64,000 nucleotides of DNA from Rhodothermales bacterium (lineage in GTDB: Bacteria; Bacteroidota; Rhodothermia; Rhodothermales; JABDKH01), in NCBI GenBank assembly GCA_013002345.1, contig JABDKH010000196.1, forward strand, positions 5,160 to 69,159, given 5' to 3'. The stretch's first letter is position 1. Each line of letters opens with the position of its first letter. The position numbers and the translations under genes were made by a program. The notes under the pieces are model-generated. The model saw nothing but the letters and a program-made list of their open reading frames with translations. It made no database searches and had not been told where the DNA came from. Below, piece after piece: positions 17,658 to 27,678 of the stretch.

Positions 17658-18545
17658 TCACGCTTCGTGGTCGAAGCTTCCTCGGTACACTACCGCTGCC
17701 GGACCTTCCAGTGTTAGCTGCTCAATTCGCTCGCCATCCCGCCGGATGCCGACTGAAAGAACACCGCCCGGCATATGGACGCGGACGGTCGTGGCCTGAC
17801 TCAAGAACCGCGCGGCAGACACAAGCGCCGCAGCAACAGCGCCCGTGCCACATGCCATCGTCTCGGCCTCAACGCCCTTCTCGAACGTACGGACATAGAT
17901 TGTGGGCGTCGCCTTCGACCCGTCCACGTCACTTATCTGGACGAAATCAACATTGACGCCGGTCGGAGCAAAACCCGGATCTCGTCGAATTCGTGTGCCT
18001 AGACGCGTGACATCCACTGCGCCTACATCTGACGTGAAACACACGGCGTGCTCAGTACCGGTCCAGATCGGATAGGCGTCGATGTTCTCCCCGCTAATCC
18101 TGTCGGCGTGCAGCCCCCCGGTATCGACCGTCCGACAAACCAGGTCGAGACCTGGATACGGCGGTGGAAGGTACAGGGTCACCGAGTCTCCCGAGTCACT
18201 GATTTTGGCCCGATAGACGCCGGCCTCGGTCTCAAAAACCAGATTGGGCTCCGTGTAGCCCGCTCCACGGGCAAAAAGCACCAGGCAGCGAGCCCCATTG
18301 CCGCACATGGTCCCAATTGATCCGTCAGCGTTTAGATACCGCATCCGGAAATGATGGGCGGCATTCTCCGGCTCTTCGAGGGCCAGCAGCCCGTCGGCCC
18401 CGATTCCGAAACGACGCCGACAACGCTCACGCGCCATACTGGACAGCTCATGGTCGCCGAAGTTGAAGAAACGATTGTCGATCACGATGAAGTCGTTTCC
18501 GGCACCGTTCATTTTGGTAAATTCAACAACAAGCGAACGTGGCAT
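17658..18545 (-). CDS. dapF: Diaminopimelate epimerase
   Basis: FTKMNGAGNDFIVIDNR, and the catalytic cysteines in MCGNGARC and MACGTGAVAAA. Confidence 0.93.
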   Translation of the reverse strand: MPRSLVVEFTKMNGAGNDFIVIDNRFFNFGDHELSSMARERCRRRFGIGADGLLALEEPENAAHHFRMRYLNADGSIGTMCGNGARCLVLFARGAGYTEPNLVFETEAGVYRAKISDSGDSVTLYLPPPYPGLDLVCRTVDTGGLHADRISGENIDAYPIWTGTEHAVCFTSDVGAVDVTRLGTRIRRDPGFAPTGVNVDFVQISDVDGSKATPTIYVRTFEKGVEAETMACGTGAVAAALVSAARFLSQATTVRVHMPGGVLSVGIRRDGERIEQLTLEGPAAVVYRGSFDHEA

Positions 18546-18638
18546 CTCGCGACTTTGCTTTCGGCTGTACTGCCGATACCGATTCTTGACCCTTTGCTGT
18601 TTTCCGAAGCTACGCCAACGTTACGGGCACACCAACCA

Positions 18639-19616
18639 TTGACTGAGAAACGTTACACGATCGAGACCGTCGAGCCACTGCTTCTTTTCGGGCTGAACGA
18701 CGCATACCTGCGCAAGATCGAGTCCGCTTTTCCTGAGACTCGAATAACAGCTCGCGGAAACGAGTTGCTTCTGAAAGGCAGCGCCGATCAGCTGAGACTC
18801 ATCGAGCGCATCATGGAGGAACTTACGCTCGCCATCGGCCGCAATGGGAACCTGACCGAGAACGACGTTGACACGGTGCTGGCGTTGTTCACAACCAATG
18901 GTGAGCGTGGTCCTGCGATGCTCGGAGAACATGTGGTTCTTTACAAGCCTGATGGAGGCACGGTCAAGGCGCGGACGCCGAACCAGATTGCGCTCGTGGA
19001 GTCTGCTCGAGGCCACGACATTGTGTTCGCGATTGGACCGGCCGGAACCGGCAAGACATACACCGCCGTCGCTCTCGCTGTCTCGGCATTGAAATCCCGA
19101 CAGGTTCGTCGCATTGTATTGTGTCGACCGGCCGTCGAGGCAGGCGAGCGGCTCGGTTTCCTGCCAGGTGACTACCGCGACAAGGTCGACCCGTATCTCC
19201 GACCCCTCTATGACGCGCTGGAGGATATGATTCCGCGTGAGAAACTTGCGCAGTACATGGAGCAGAATGTTGTTGAGATCGCCCCGATCGCCTACATGCG
19301 CGGCCGGACCCTCCACTCCTCTTTCGTCATCCTTGACGAGGCGCAGAACGCCACAACCCAGCAGATGAAAATGTTCTTGACACGCCTTGGAACATCAAGC
19401 CGTGCTATCGTGACCGGGGACATCACGCAAATCGACCTTGCGAGTCGCTTCGACAGCGGATTGATCCAGGCAAGATCGATTCTGCCCGATGTGGACGGGA
19501 TCTCGTTCGTCTACTTTGATACCCGAGACGTGGTGCGGCACAAACTTGTCAAGGACATTATCGCGGCTTACGAAAAGATGGAGAGCGACAAGACAGCCGG
19601 CGACCCGTCGTCGTAA
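18639..19616 (+). CDS. phoH: PhoH-family ATPase
   Basis: GPAGTGKTYTAVALAV, LCRPAVEAGERLGFLPGD, FVILDEAQN. The start is most plausibly TTG 18639 (in frame, just past the divergent dapF start). The ORF-track start 18351 would overlap dapF by about 195 nt. Confidence 0.9.
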   Translation: MTEKRYTIETVEPLLLFGLNDAYLRKIESAFPETRITARGNELLLKGSADQLRLIERIMEELTLAIGRNGNLTENDVDTVLALFTTNGERGPAMLGEHVVLYKPDGGTVKARTPNQIALVESARGHDIVFAIGPAGTGKTYTAVALAVSALKSRQVRRIVLCRPAVEAGERLGFLPGDYRDKVDPYLRPLYDALEDMIPREKLAQYMEQNVVEIAPIAYMRGRTLHSSFVILDEAQNATTQQMKMFLTRLGTSSRAIVTGDITQIDLASRFDSGLIQARSILPDVDGISFVYFDTRDVVRHKLVKDIIAAYEKMESDKTAGDPSS

Positions 19617-19921
19617 AGCGACGAAGACGTCGCCTCTCGTCACCGCGCTCTATGGCCGGCCGGCTGTGCTCTCCTCTACCACTGCGTAGCAGTGGCGGCC
19701 CGGCGCCTTCGACGAGAGCGACGCGGGTCCTGTCAATCGCACCAGAATACCGTCCGGCCCATACGGAGGATGTCGTGATCGCTCTGCCATTGATCTTCTC
19801 CACGGTCACGCCTGGTTCGTCTCGCAACCTACTCTCCATCAATGGGTTGTCCAGTTCTGTCTGGCGCCACCGAGACACTTCTCGATAAGCCATGCCCTTG
19901 GCCATTCGTGAACTGCGAACG

Positions 19922-20809
19922 CTATCGGCGGGCCCGTCGATTCTCCGGCACGCGCTCAAAGACATTATCAATCAGGCGCGTCTCTCCAAAATGGACGGCC
20001 ACGGCGGCAACCACGTGATCGCCGGCGGACAGCGTCGACATCGGCTGCAAGGATTCCGCGTCAACCACTTCGGCATATTGCAATTTCGCCAGTGGAGCCA
20101 ACGCAACACACGCTTTCATAGCGTCCACCACAGCCACGGGATTCGACTCGCCTTCGAGAATGAGCCTCTGCGCTGTAGAGACCGCATCATGCAATACGGT
20201 CGCCTGCGCTCGAGCCTCCTCGTTCAGGTACTTGTTTCTCGATGAGAGAGCCAACCCGTCCGGCTCTCGAACGGTTGGACCACCAACAATCTCGATACCG
20301 AAGTTCAGATCGAGTGCCATCCTTCGGACGATCACAAACTGCTGTGCATCCTTCCGTCCAAATACGGCGACGGTTGGCATACACGAGTTGAACAGCTTCG
20401 CGACGATGGTCGTCACGCCTTCGAAGTGGCCGGGACGAAACGGCCCGCATAGATGATCCGTCAACGACCGGGGCACCACGCGTATCACCTGTGACGACAC
20501 GCCGTTGGCATAGATGTCGTCGACCGTTGGCGCAAACACGGCGTCAACACCTCCCGCTTCTCCCAACCTCTTCAGATCGCCGGCCAGGTCACGAGGATAC
20601 CTTCCGAAGTCTTCATTCGGTCCAAACTGCGACGGATTGACGAACACGGACACTATTACGACAGGAGCCGCTTCACGGGCCAGGGACAGAAGCGACAGGT
20701 GCCCGGCGTGGAGTGCACCCATGGTTGGTACCAGGGCTACGTCGTTACCGCGCTTGCGAGATGCAAGTGCTAACCTGCGCATCTCGTCAACATCGCTGAT
20801 GACTTTCAT
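19922..20809 (-). CDS. panC: Pantoate--beta-alanine ligase
   Basis: VALVPTMGALHAGHLSL, FVNPSQFGPNEDF, GRKDAQQ. Start at ATG 20809. Confidence 0.93.
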   Translation of the reverse strand: MKVISDVDEMRRLALASRKRGNDVALVPTMGALHAGHLSLLSLAREAAPVVIVSVFVNPSQFGPNEDFGRYPRDLAGDLKRLGEAGGVDAVFAPTVDDIYANGVSSQVIRVVPRSLTDHLCGPFRPGHFEGVTTIVAKLFNSCMPTVAVFGRKDAQQFVIVRRMALDLNFGIEIVGGPTVREPDGLALSSRNKYLNEEARAQATVLHDAVSTAQRLILEGESNPVAVVDAMKACVALAPLAKLQYAEVVDAESLQPMSTLSAGDHVVAAVAVHFGETRLIDNVFERVPENRRARR

Positions 20810-20996
20810 GCATCCTCCCGAGAGTCCGTTGTTGTACGACCAAAATAGACTCCAAACTGCTGGCTTTTGCAAGTTGTCCCTACAGCCACAGGGACGCAAC
20901 TCTCGGCGTCCAGGCATATCTTGAGTACGGGCCGGTGCCAGACAACCCCGGCCGTCATTTCAAGTGCCGCGACCTTACATAGAAGCCCCTAACACT

Positions 20997-22397
20997 ATGT
21001 CCGAGTTTAGAATAGAGAAAGACTCCCTGGGTGACGTCCACGTGCCAGCGTCTGCTTACTACGGCGCCCAGACGCAGAGAGCGGTGGACAATTTTCCGAT
21101 CAGCGGTTTGCGATTCTCGCGCCGATTTATCCAGGCGCTCGGGATCATAAAGCAGGCTGCCGCGGAGGCCAACCTCGAGCTGGGTCTTCTGTCAATGGAG
21201 AAGGCCGAAGTGATTGCCGCCAGCGCCCAGGCGGTGGTTGACGGGGAGCTCGACGACCACTTCCCGATTGATATTTTTCAGACCGGTAGTGGCACCTCCA
21301 CCAACATGAATGCCAACGAAGTGATTGCAAATCACGCGTCGAAGGCCATGGGTGGCGACCTTGGCAGCAAGCTGGTTCATCCCAATGATGACGTCAACAT
21401 GTCGCAGTCTTCCAACGACGTCATCCCGTCCGCGATGCATGTTGCGGCCCGATCCGCAATCGAACACGAGCTGCTGCCGGCACTCGATCGCTTCCTCGAT
21501 GCGCTCCGGGCAAAAGAGGCCGAGTTCGATGACGTACTCAAGAGCGGGCGAACCCACCTTATGGACGCCACTCCGGTTCGGCTGGGACAGGAATTCGGCG
21601 GTTATGCGGCCCAGATCCAGAGCACGATAAAACGTCTCGAACGGGCGTCATCCGAGCTGTCGGAGCTTGCTCTCGGTGGTACAGCTACTGGAAGCGGTAT
21701 TAACAGGCATCCCGACTTCCCCGCAAAAGCGATCGATCGTATTTCCAGTAAGACTGCGCTCGATTTTCACGAGGCTTCAAATCATTTCGAAGCCCAGGCT
21801 TCGAAAGACGCCTATGTGTCGTGCGCGGGTGCACTAAACGCCGCTGCCGTCTCGGTGATGAAGATCGCCAATGATATCCGACATCTGTCCAGCGGTCCCA
21901 CCTCCGGTTTGTCCGAAATCAAACTGCCGGCGATACAGCCCGGTTCGTCGATCATGCCAGGTAAAGTGAACCCGGTCATGAGCGAGGCCATGATGATGGT
22001 TGCTTCACGCGTCATGGGTAACCACACCACCATTACGATTGCCGGGCAGCATGGGAATTTCGAGCTCAATGTCATGATGCCGGTCATGACGCACGCGATG
22101 CTCGAGAGCATCGTCATACTGACCGGGGCGTGTGATGCATTTCGTACGAACTGCCTGAACGGGATAGTCGCCGATCGCGACCGCTGCAAGGAGTTGTTGG
22201 AGTTAAATCCGTCCATAGCAACCGCCCTGAACAGCGCGATCGGCTATGACGCCGCGGCCAAAGTAGCCAAGAAGTCCGCCGCCGAACGCATCTCCGTCCG
22301 AGACGCCGCCAAGGCACTCGGACTCCTGGACGACGCAGAGCTTGATCGCTATCTGGATGTGAAGGGCATGACTGAACCGGGTATCCCGGGCGACTAG
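20997..22397 (+). CDS. fumC: Class II fumarate hydratase (aspartase/fumarase superfamily)
   Basis: FQTGSGTSTNMNANEV, HPNDDVNMSQSSNDV, and the signature GSSIMPGKVNP. Closer to FumC than AspA by motif. Confidence 0.88.
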   Translation: MSEFRIEKDSLGDVHVPASAYYGAQTQRAVDNFPISGLRFSRRFIQALGIIKQAAAEANLELGLLSMEKAEVIAASAQAVVDGELDDHFPIDIFQTGSGTSTNMNANEVIANHASKAMGGDLGSKLVHPNDDVNMSQSSNDVIPSAMHVAARSAIEHELLPALDRFLDALRAKEAEFDDVLKSGRTHLMDATPVRLGQEFGGYAAQIQSTIKRLERASSELSELALGGTATGSGINRHPDFPAKAIDRISSKTALDFHEASNHFEAQASKDAYVSCAGALNAAAVSVMKIANDIRHLSSGPTSGLSEIKLPAIQPGSSIMPGKVNPVMSEAMMMVASRVMGNHTTITIAGQHGNFELNVMMPVMTHAMLESIVILTGACDAFRTNCLNGIVADRDRCKELLELNPSIATALNSAIGYDAAAKVAKKSAAERISVRDAAKALGLLDDAELDRYLDVKGMTEPGIPGD

Positions 22398-22635
22398 TAC
22401 TTTCCTCGAATCGCTGCGGCGGCGACACAATAATCGGGCAGCGTCGAGCGTTATCATCCGCGTGTGGCGTGAGAGTGATACCTCCGTTAGGCTCAGCGCG
22501 CCGTGACCTCCGGGTTGCGGCGCGCTTTGCCGAAAAATGCCACGGGAGGCACCCGCCCGGCACGCTTTTTTCTAGACCAACATCAGAGTTGTTGCGACCA
22601 TCACATCTGCCAATTTGTCTGAGAGAGTTGACAAA

Positions 22636-24210
22636 ATGGAAGATCCAAATCGGTTTACAGGTATCATGAGCATCAAGGGAAAGGCATCGATCGCCGTCAT
22701 TATAGTTGTCACATTTGTATCCGGAATCCTCGTTGCTACCGTCGGGACTAATGTTCTCGGGTTAGCCAACAGAGTGGGTAGCGATACCCAGGCCGGGACG
22801 CTCGTGGAACCCTCGAACGGGCCTGCGGAGTCATTGGCCGGCGCGGCAGTTGCATTTGAAGACGTCTTCGTACAGATCGCGGAGTCGGTGAACCCATCGG
22901 TTGTTCAGATCCGCTCCGAGCGAGTTTCAAAGACCGAAGGGTTCGCCACCAATCCCTTTGAAGGAACGCCGTTCGAAGACATGTTCAGGAGAAACATTCC
23001 GCCGCAGCAATTCAGGTCCAACGCCCTGGGCTCCGGAGTCATTATCAATGCCGACGGCCACATAATTACGAACAACCACGTGATCCAGGAAGCCGAGGAA
23101 CTGGAAGTACAGATGTTCAATGGCGAGTATTACGATGCCGAAGTGGTCGGGACAGATCCAAACAGCGACCTTGCGGTCATAAAGATCAACGCTCCACAGG
23201 ATCTCACCACCGTCAGGTTTGGCTCGTTCGATGAAGTCCGAATCGGCCAGTGGGTCATGGCGTTCGGTTCTCCACTCTCAGAGGATCTTGGAAATACCGT
23301 AACCGCCGGAATTGTGTCTGCCGTCGGACGCACAAGCCTGGCCCTTTCACAGCTCAACACCTTTTCTTCCTTCATCCAGACGGACGCCGCCATCAATCCG
23401 GGTAACTCGGGAGGACCGTTGGTTAACCTGCGTGGAGAGCTCGTGGGAATCAATTCGGCAATCTTCAGTCGATCGGGAGGAAGCCAGGGGATCGGATTTG
23501 CAATACCCGTCGACGTAGTGAGCAATGTGACCACTCAGCTGATTCAGACCGGCGAAGTCAAGAGAGCGTTTCTCGGCGTTTCGTTCGGTCCGGTTAGCCC
23601 CTCCCTCTCTGATGCTTTCGGTGTTCCGCGAGGCGCCGCACAGGTAGAGGGCGTTACCGCCGGGAGTGCGGCTGAAAATGCCGACCTCAAGTCAGGTGAC
23701 ATCATCGTCGCAGTGAATGGAGTGCAATTGAAGGACTACAACCAGCTACGCACAACCATTGCCAACATGCTGCCTGGCGAAAATGTTGATCTGTTGGTGG
23801 TGCGCGATGGAAAGAAGAGGACCATCACGGTAAAGCTCGGGCAGCGAGATGATGACGCTATTGCGAGAAGTGAGGATGCACCCACTGCCAATCCTGACAC
23901 CGAATTGGAATCTCTTGGCATGACCATCAGAGACACCTCGCCCGATCTTCTACGACGTTTCGGATTCTCGGATGAGAGCCTGAAGGGAGCGGTAATCACT
24001 GAGATTGATCGTAGCAGTGATGCGTATCGCGAAGCCGAACTTCGGCAGGGTGATGTCATAACCGAGTTGGACAGAAAGCCGATTACATCACGAGCGCAAC
24101 TGCTTCGGGCCTATGAGGCCGTGGATGCTGGCGATATGTTTCTGGTTCGAATTGTCAGACCCGCGGGAACGAGTACGCGGAGCTCTATTACGGCGCTCAA
24201 GAAGCAATAG
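22636..24210 (+). CDS. htrA: HtrA/DegP/DegQ family periplasmic serine protease with two PDZ domains
   Basis: Catalytic triad context: TNNHVI, DLAVIKI, GNSGGPLVN. Two PDZ-like segments follow. N-terminal membrane anchor. Confidence 0.9.
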   Translation: MEDPNRFTGIMSIKGKASIAVIIVVTFVSGILVATVGTNVLGLANRVGSDTQAGTLVEPSNGPAESLAGAAVAFEDVFVQIAESVNPSVVQIRSERVSKTEGFATNPFEGTPFEDMFRRNIPPQQFRSNALGSGVIINADGHIITNNHVIQEAEELEVQMFNGEYYDAEVVGTDPNSDLAVIKINAPQDLTTVRFGSFDEVRIGQWVMAFGSPLSEDLGNTVTAGIVSAVGRTSLALSQLNTFSSFIQTDAAINPGNSGGPLVNLRGELVGINSAIFSRSGGSQGIGFAIPVDVVSNVTTQLIQTGEVKRAFLGVSFGPVSPSLSDAFGVPRGAAQVEGVTAGSAAENADLKSGDIIVAVNGVQLKDYNQLRTTIANMLPGENVDLLVVRDGKKRTITVKLGQRDDDAIARSEDAPTANPDTELESLGMTIRDTSPDLLRRFGFSDESLKGAVITEIDRSSDAYREAELRQGDVITELDRKPITSRAQLLRAYEAVDAGDMFLVRIVRPAGTSTRSSITALKKQ

Positions 24211-24371
24211 GGATAAGCGGTAGCGCCAGAGGCCCCTCACTTCGGTCCCCGTGCCGTGAGGCGATTTCGGGACGCCCCGCGGAGTTCTGGCTGCAGTGGA
24301 TGAAAATGCATAAGTTGCCGCTGATGACCGTCCGGTGATGGTCGACGACCAACCTTTGGGGTATCCCGTGT

Positions 24372-24800
24372 ATGCCTGACCTGAAGCGTTTTGTGGGCCG
24401 TGTCGCTGACGCGATGGGACCGGCGGCCACACCCGAGAGGGTTGAATCAATCTCCAGACTCCTCTTGGACGAGATTCTGCAGTCCGGCAACACAGTTTCG
24501 CAGGCACCGGATTCGGTGCGACCGTCGGAGCACCGCGTTGTGGTTTCGGCCATGGGCCCCGGCATTGAGGCTGTTCGGGCGTCCATCTCACGCATCGTGA
24601 CAGATATCGGCGGAGTGATCGTCGAAGTCGGCCGGGACCAGAATGAAGAACGCCCTGACCTCTTCATGGTTGTGGCACTTCCCGAGTCGGGCATATCGAT
24701 CGCCGAACTTCAGACCAGGTTGGACGCCGTTTCGACTTCGAAGGACGCCACGGTGAGCGTTCAGCACGAGGAACTCTACAACGCCATGAACCGCTCGTGA
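24372..24800 (+). CDS. ACT-domain protein (UPF0237-like) with N-terminal extension
   Basis: The C-terminal ~85 aa (HRVVVSAMGPGIEAVRASISRIVTDIGGVIVEV…LFMVVALPE…) looks like an ACT fold. Sits in the usual position upstream of a UPF0210-like gene. Confidence 0.55.
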   Translation: MPDLKRFVGRVADAMGPAATPERVESISRLLLDEILQSGNTVSQAPDSVRPSEHRVVVSAMGPGIEAVRASISRIVTDIGGVIVEVGRDQNEERPDLFMVVALPESGISIAELQTRLDAVSTSKDATVSVQHEELYNAMNRS

Positions 24801-24838
24801 TTGCCAGCGACAGACGTTGATTGTGGGGGTGAGACTTT

Positions 24839-25969
24839 ATGCAGCGTGAGGCCAGCGATCAACGGCAAATCTCAATCACGCGTCTCCATCTGGAGTCGGT
24901 GACGCTTGGAATCTCGTTGCGCGATTGCAGCAGCAGACTGGCGTCGACGGCTAAGGCCCGAATCTATGACAAGGTCAGGCGTGCCGGTGGGCAACTCGCC
25001 CGCTGCGTGAACGACACGGTGAACCACTACGGTAGTTCAGCGGAACACGTTTTCGCGACCGTGTCACCCGTTTCCACCTTGTTCGACGCAATGTCGGAGT
25101 CCGATTACGTTGGAATCGCCGAGACGCTGAATGCTGCAGCAATCGACATCGGTCTTGAGGCAATCGGCGGGTACAGCGCCCTCTGTTCAGCAGGAATGTC
25201 TGCAGGAGATCAAGCGCTGATCCGATCTCTGCCGGCTATGCTCAGCTCGACGGATCGCATGTGTGCCTCGGTGGAGTGTGCGAAATCGCAGAAAGGTATC
25301 GGCATTGCTGCGAGTGAACTGATTTCGTCAGTCCTGGCCGGCATCAGGTCGGTTTCCGGCCCCGCCGGTTACAGGCCCGACCGAATTTCCGTGCTCGCCA
25401 ATGCGTCCGGCAACAGTCCCTACGTCCCCGGATCGTTTCATGGCATTGACGAGCCGGAAGTTGCGCTCCACATCGCCGTATCATCGAAGTACGTGCATCA
25501 ACAGCTGCTGCACCGCATCGACGACGGGTCAAGTCTCGATGACGCGGCGGACGACGTCGCTAATCAGGTGGAGCGACTCAGGAGGGGTGGACGTTTTCTC
25601 AGCATTCGTTGCGCTGAGACACTCAGCCAGCGTTCCGGTATGGACGTCCGACCAGGACGAGTGGATATCTCGATGCCTGTCGCCGAAAGTTCAGTGATTC
25701 ACGGCAATCGGACGGAGCACAACGGTGTCAGCGCTGCCTCTGCGAGAACTACGACTGAATCCGCGGCCCTGGCTGCACGTCAAGGACTGCTTTCGTTGGC
25801 TCGTTCGACATCCTCCTTCGCTGGCGCGCCCATCATCCGCCGCGTCGTCAAGCTTGATTCAACATCGTCGCCGCGAGAAGTGACCGGACTGATCCTGCCT
25901 CATCTCGCTGAGGCTGTCAGGAACGGCGTCGAGTTGATTCTCTCCATTGAATCGACCCGGCAGGCTTGA
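24839..25969 (+). CDS. Divergent, short UPF0210 (DUF711)-like protein
   Basis: The N-terminal two thirds are colinear with UPF0210 as I recall it (ITRLHLESVTLGISLRDC, IGGYSALCSAGMSAGDQALIRSLPAML, NSPYVPGSFHG). The C-terminal part is diverged, and the protein is shorter than the roughly 450 aa I recall for the family. Confidence 0.55.
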   Translation: MQREASDQRQISITRLHLESVTLGISLRDCSSRLASTAKARIYDKVRRAGGQLARCVNDTVNHYGSSAEHVFATVSPVSTLFDAMSESDYVGIAETLNAAAIDIGLEAIGGYSALCSAGMSAGDQALIRSLPAMLSSTDRMCASVECAKSQKGIGIAASELISSVLAGIRSVSGPAGYRPDRISVLANASGNSPYVPGSFHGIDEPEVALHIAVSSKYVHQQLLHRIDDGSSLDDAADDVANQVERLRRGGRFLSIRCAETLSQRSGMDVRPGRVDISMPVAESSVIHGNRTEHNGVSAASARTTTESAALAARQGLLSLARSTSSFAGAPIIRRVVKLDSTSSPREVTGLILPHLAEAVRNGVELILSIESTRQA

Positions 25970-25990
25970 CAGGTCTCCCGGTCAGGTCGT

Positions 25991-27232
25991 TCAGTCCGTA
26001 TTCGCGTCTGTCGCAGGGGCCAATCTGGTCTTGACGACAACCTCCCCTTCCAGTGAGCGGTGCACAGGACAGCGGTTCGCGATCTGCTCAAGGCGTGACC
26101 GCTGCTCAACATCAAGGTCGCCGACCAACTGCAGTTCCCTTTCGATCACATCGATCATACCTGAAAACTCGGTGTCGCAGTCACAGTCACGGGCGTGAAC
26201 CTTGGCGTGCGACAACCTGACCGACACCGAATCAAGTGGCCATTCCTTCCTGTCCGCGTACATCCGCAACGTGATGGCCGTGCACGCACCGAGCGCACCG
26301 ACCAGGAGATCATACGGTGTGGCACCCTGATTCGTCCCGCCCACCGAACGCGGCTCATCGGCCACCAGCGAGTGCCCGTTTGCGAGGATCTCGGTTCGGA
26401 AGTGATCCGATCCGATCCGCGCCACGATACGGTTGTCATCAACCGGTGTCTCCTTTTGCTCCTCCTGAGAAACGCCTATGTATTTGCGAGCCCATGCTGA
26501 TATCACGTGACCGACGTACAGTGAGTCCTGCTCCCGCGTGAGGAGGTGGTCCGCGTTGTCCAGCGAGATAAAACTCTTTGGATGCCTGGCTGCATCGAAG
26601 ATCCTGGCCGCGTTTTCAATTCCAACGATGCGGTCGAATGGAGAGTGAAACACCGCAAGCGCTCGACCGAGTCGACCGATGTGCTCGGACGGATCGTGGC
26701 CCGCCAGATCGGCAACAAACTGCCGCTTGATGGTGAATGGTCGGCCGCCGAGATTCACCACTGCCGAGCCTTCGCCACTGATTTCTTCGATAGACTCTTC
26801 AAACAGATGTCTGATATGACCCGGATCAAATGGGGCGCCAATTGTAGCCACTGCGACAGCCGCAGGTATACTCGCAGCAACACGCAACACTGCTGCTCCG
26901 CCCAGCGAATGCCCGATCAGGATTCGCGGAGCCTCGAAGCGGTCGGCCAGCATGCGTGCAGCGGAACGCAGGTCATCTACATTGCTTGAGAAATTTGTGT
27001 CGGCAAATTCGCCTTTGCTCTCACCAAGACCGGTGAAGTCAAACCGCAGCACAGCAATCCCCTGCCGTGTGAGCGCTCGTGCGATGTTGCCCACGGCGCG
27101 GAGGTTCTTCGAGCATGTGAAGCAGTGAGCAAACAAGGCGAAGGCAACGGGTTCTTCATCCGGTGGGAGATCGAGTCTCGCCGCAAGCGTCTCACCACTC
27201 GCATTCTCAAAAGCCAGCTTCTTGAATAGCAT
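25991..27232 (-). CDS. Bifunctional alpha/beta hydrolase / OsmC-family protein
   Basis: N-terminal hydrolase with nucleophile elbow GHSLGG. C-terminal OsmC-like domain (GGTNQGATPYDLLVGALGACTAITLRMYA). Confidence 0.85.
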   Translation of the reverse strand: MLFKKLAFENASGETLAARLDLPPDEEPVAFALFAHCFTCSKNLRAVGNIARALTRQGIAVLRFDFTGLGESKGEFADTNFSSNVDDLRSAARMLADRFEAPRILIGHSLGGAAVLRVAASIPAAVAVATIGAPFDPGHIRHLFEESIEEISGEGSAVVNLGGRPFTIKRQFVADLAGHDPSEHIGRLGRALAVFHSPFDRIVGIENAARIFDAARHPKSFISLDNADHLLTREQDSLYVGHVISAWARKYIGVSQEEQKETPVDDNRIVARIGSDHFRTEILANGHSLVADEPRSVGGTNQGATPYDLLVGALGACTAITLRMYADRKEWPLDSVSVRLSHAKVHARDCDCDTEFSGMIDVIERELQLVGDLDVEQRSRLEQIANRCPVHRSLEGEVVVKTRLAPATDANTD

Positions 27233-27678
27233 GAATCTTTCTCCCTATTTCGGACTCGGAGTTTGTTCGTAACGAGCGACAACATTCCAGAACTGGCCCC
27301 GCCAGCGGCACATGTCAGGTAGTCTAAGTCAACGAGAAATCAATTGCACCGTACCAGCATTGACCCTCCTCCCTGGCCATGCTCTGTATTCAGAGAGCAG
27401 AGCTTGTTGCGAGGCTCTGCCGCCCGCGCGGCACGGAGGAAGTTACAGAACCTGCCGCCACCGTAGGACTCTACAACATTGCCTGGGTGTCGCGATTCAG
27501 CGGGCGAACCCAGACCGGATTGCAAAGAGAAACGTGGTGATTCTCGCTCCGGACGGGCTTGTCGTTGAGACCGTGGATATATTTCGCTACGGATCGTGCC
27601 GCCGGCGCGGACAATCTGTTCCGCCTCCGGTTTATCAAGACTCAATACGTCGACGTCATCGCGACTGGGATTCTTTCA

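Noticed and set aside
18621-19316. 231-aa minus-strand ORF
   Set aside because: Antisense to phoH (Walker A and PhoH motifs on the plus strand).
22530-22573. Possible terminator after fumC (T-tract cttttttct)
   Set aside because: I could only form 4-bp stems upstream of the T-tract, which is too weak to call.
27420-27470. SRP-RNA-like string (cggcacggaggaagttacag)
   Set aside because: It does not match the conserved domain IV sequence (GGAAGCAGCC-type) or its symmetric loop. No RNase P, tmRNA or 6S hallmarks were seen either.
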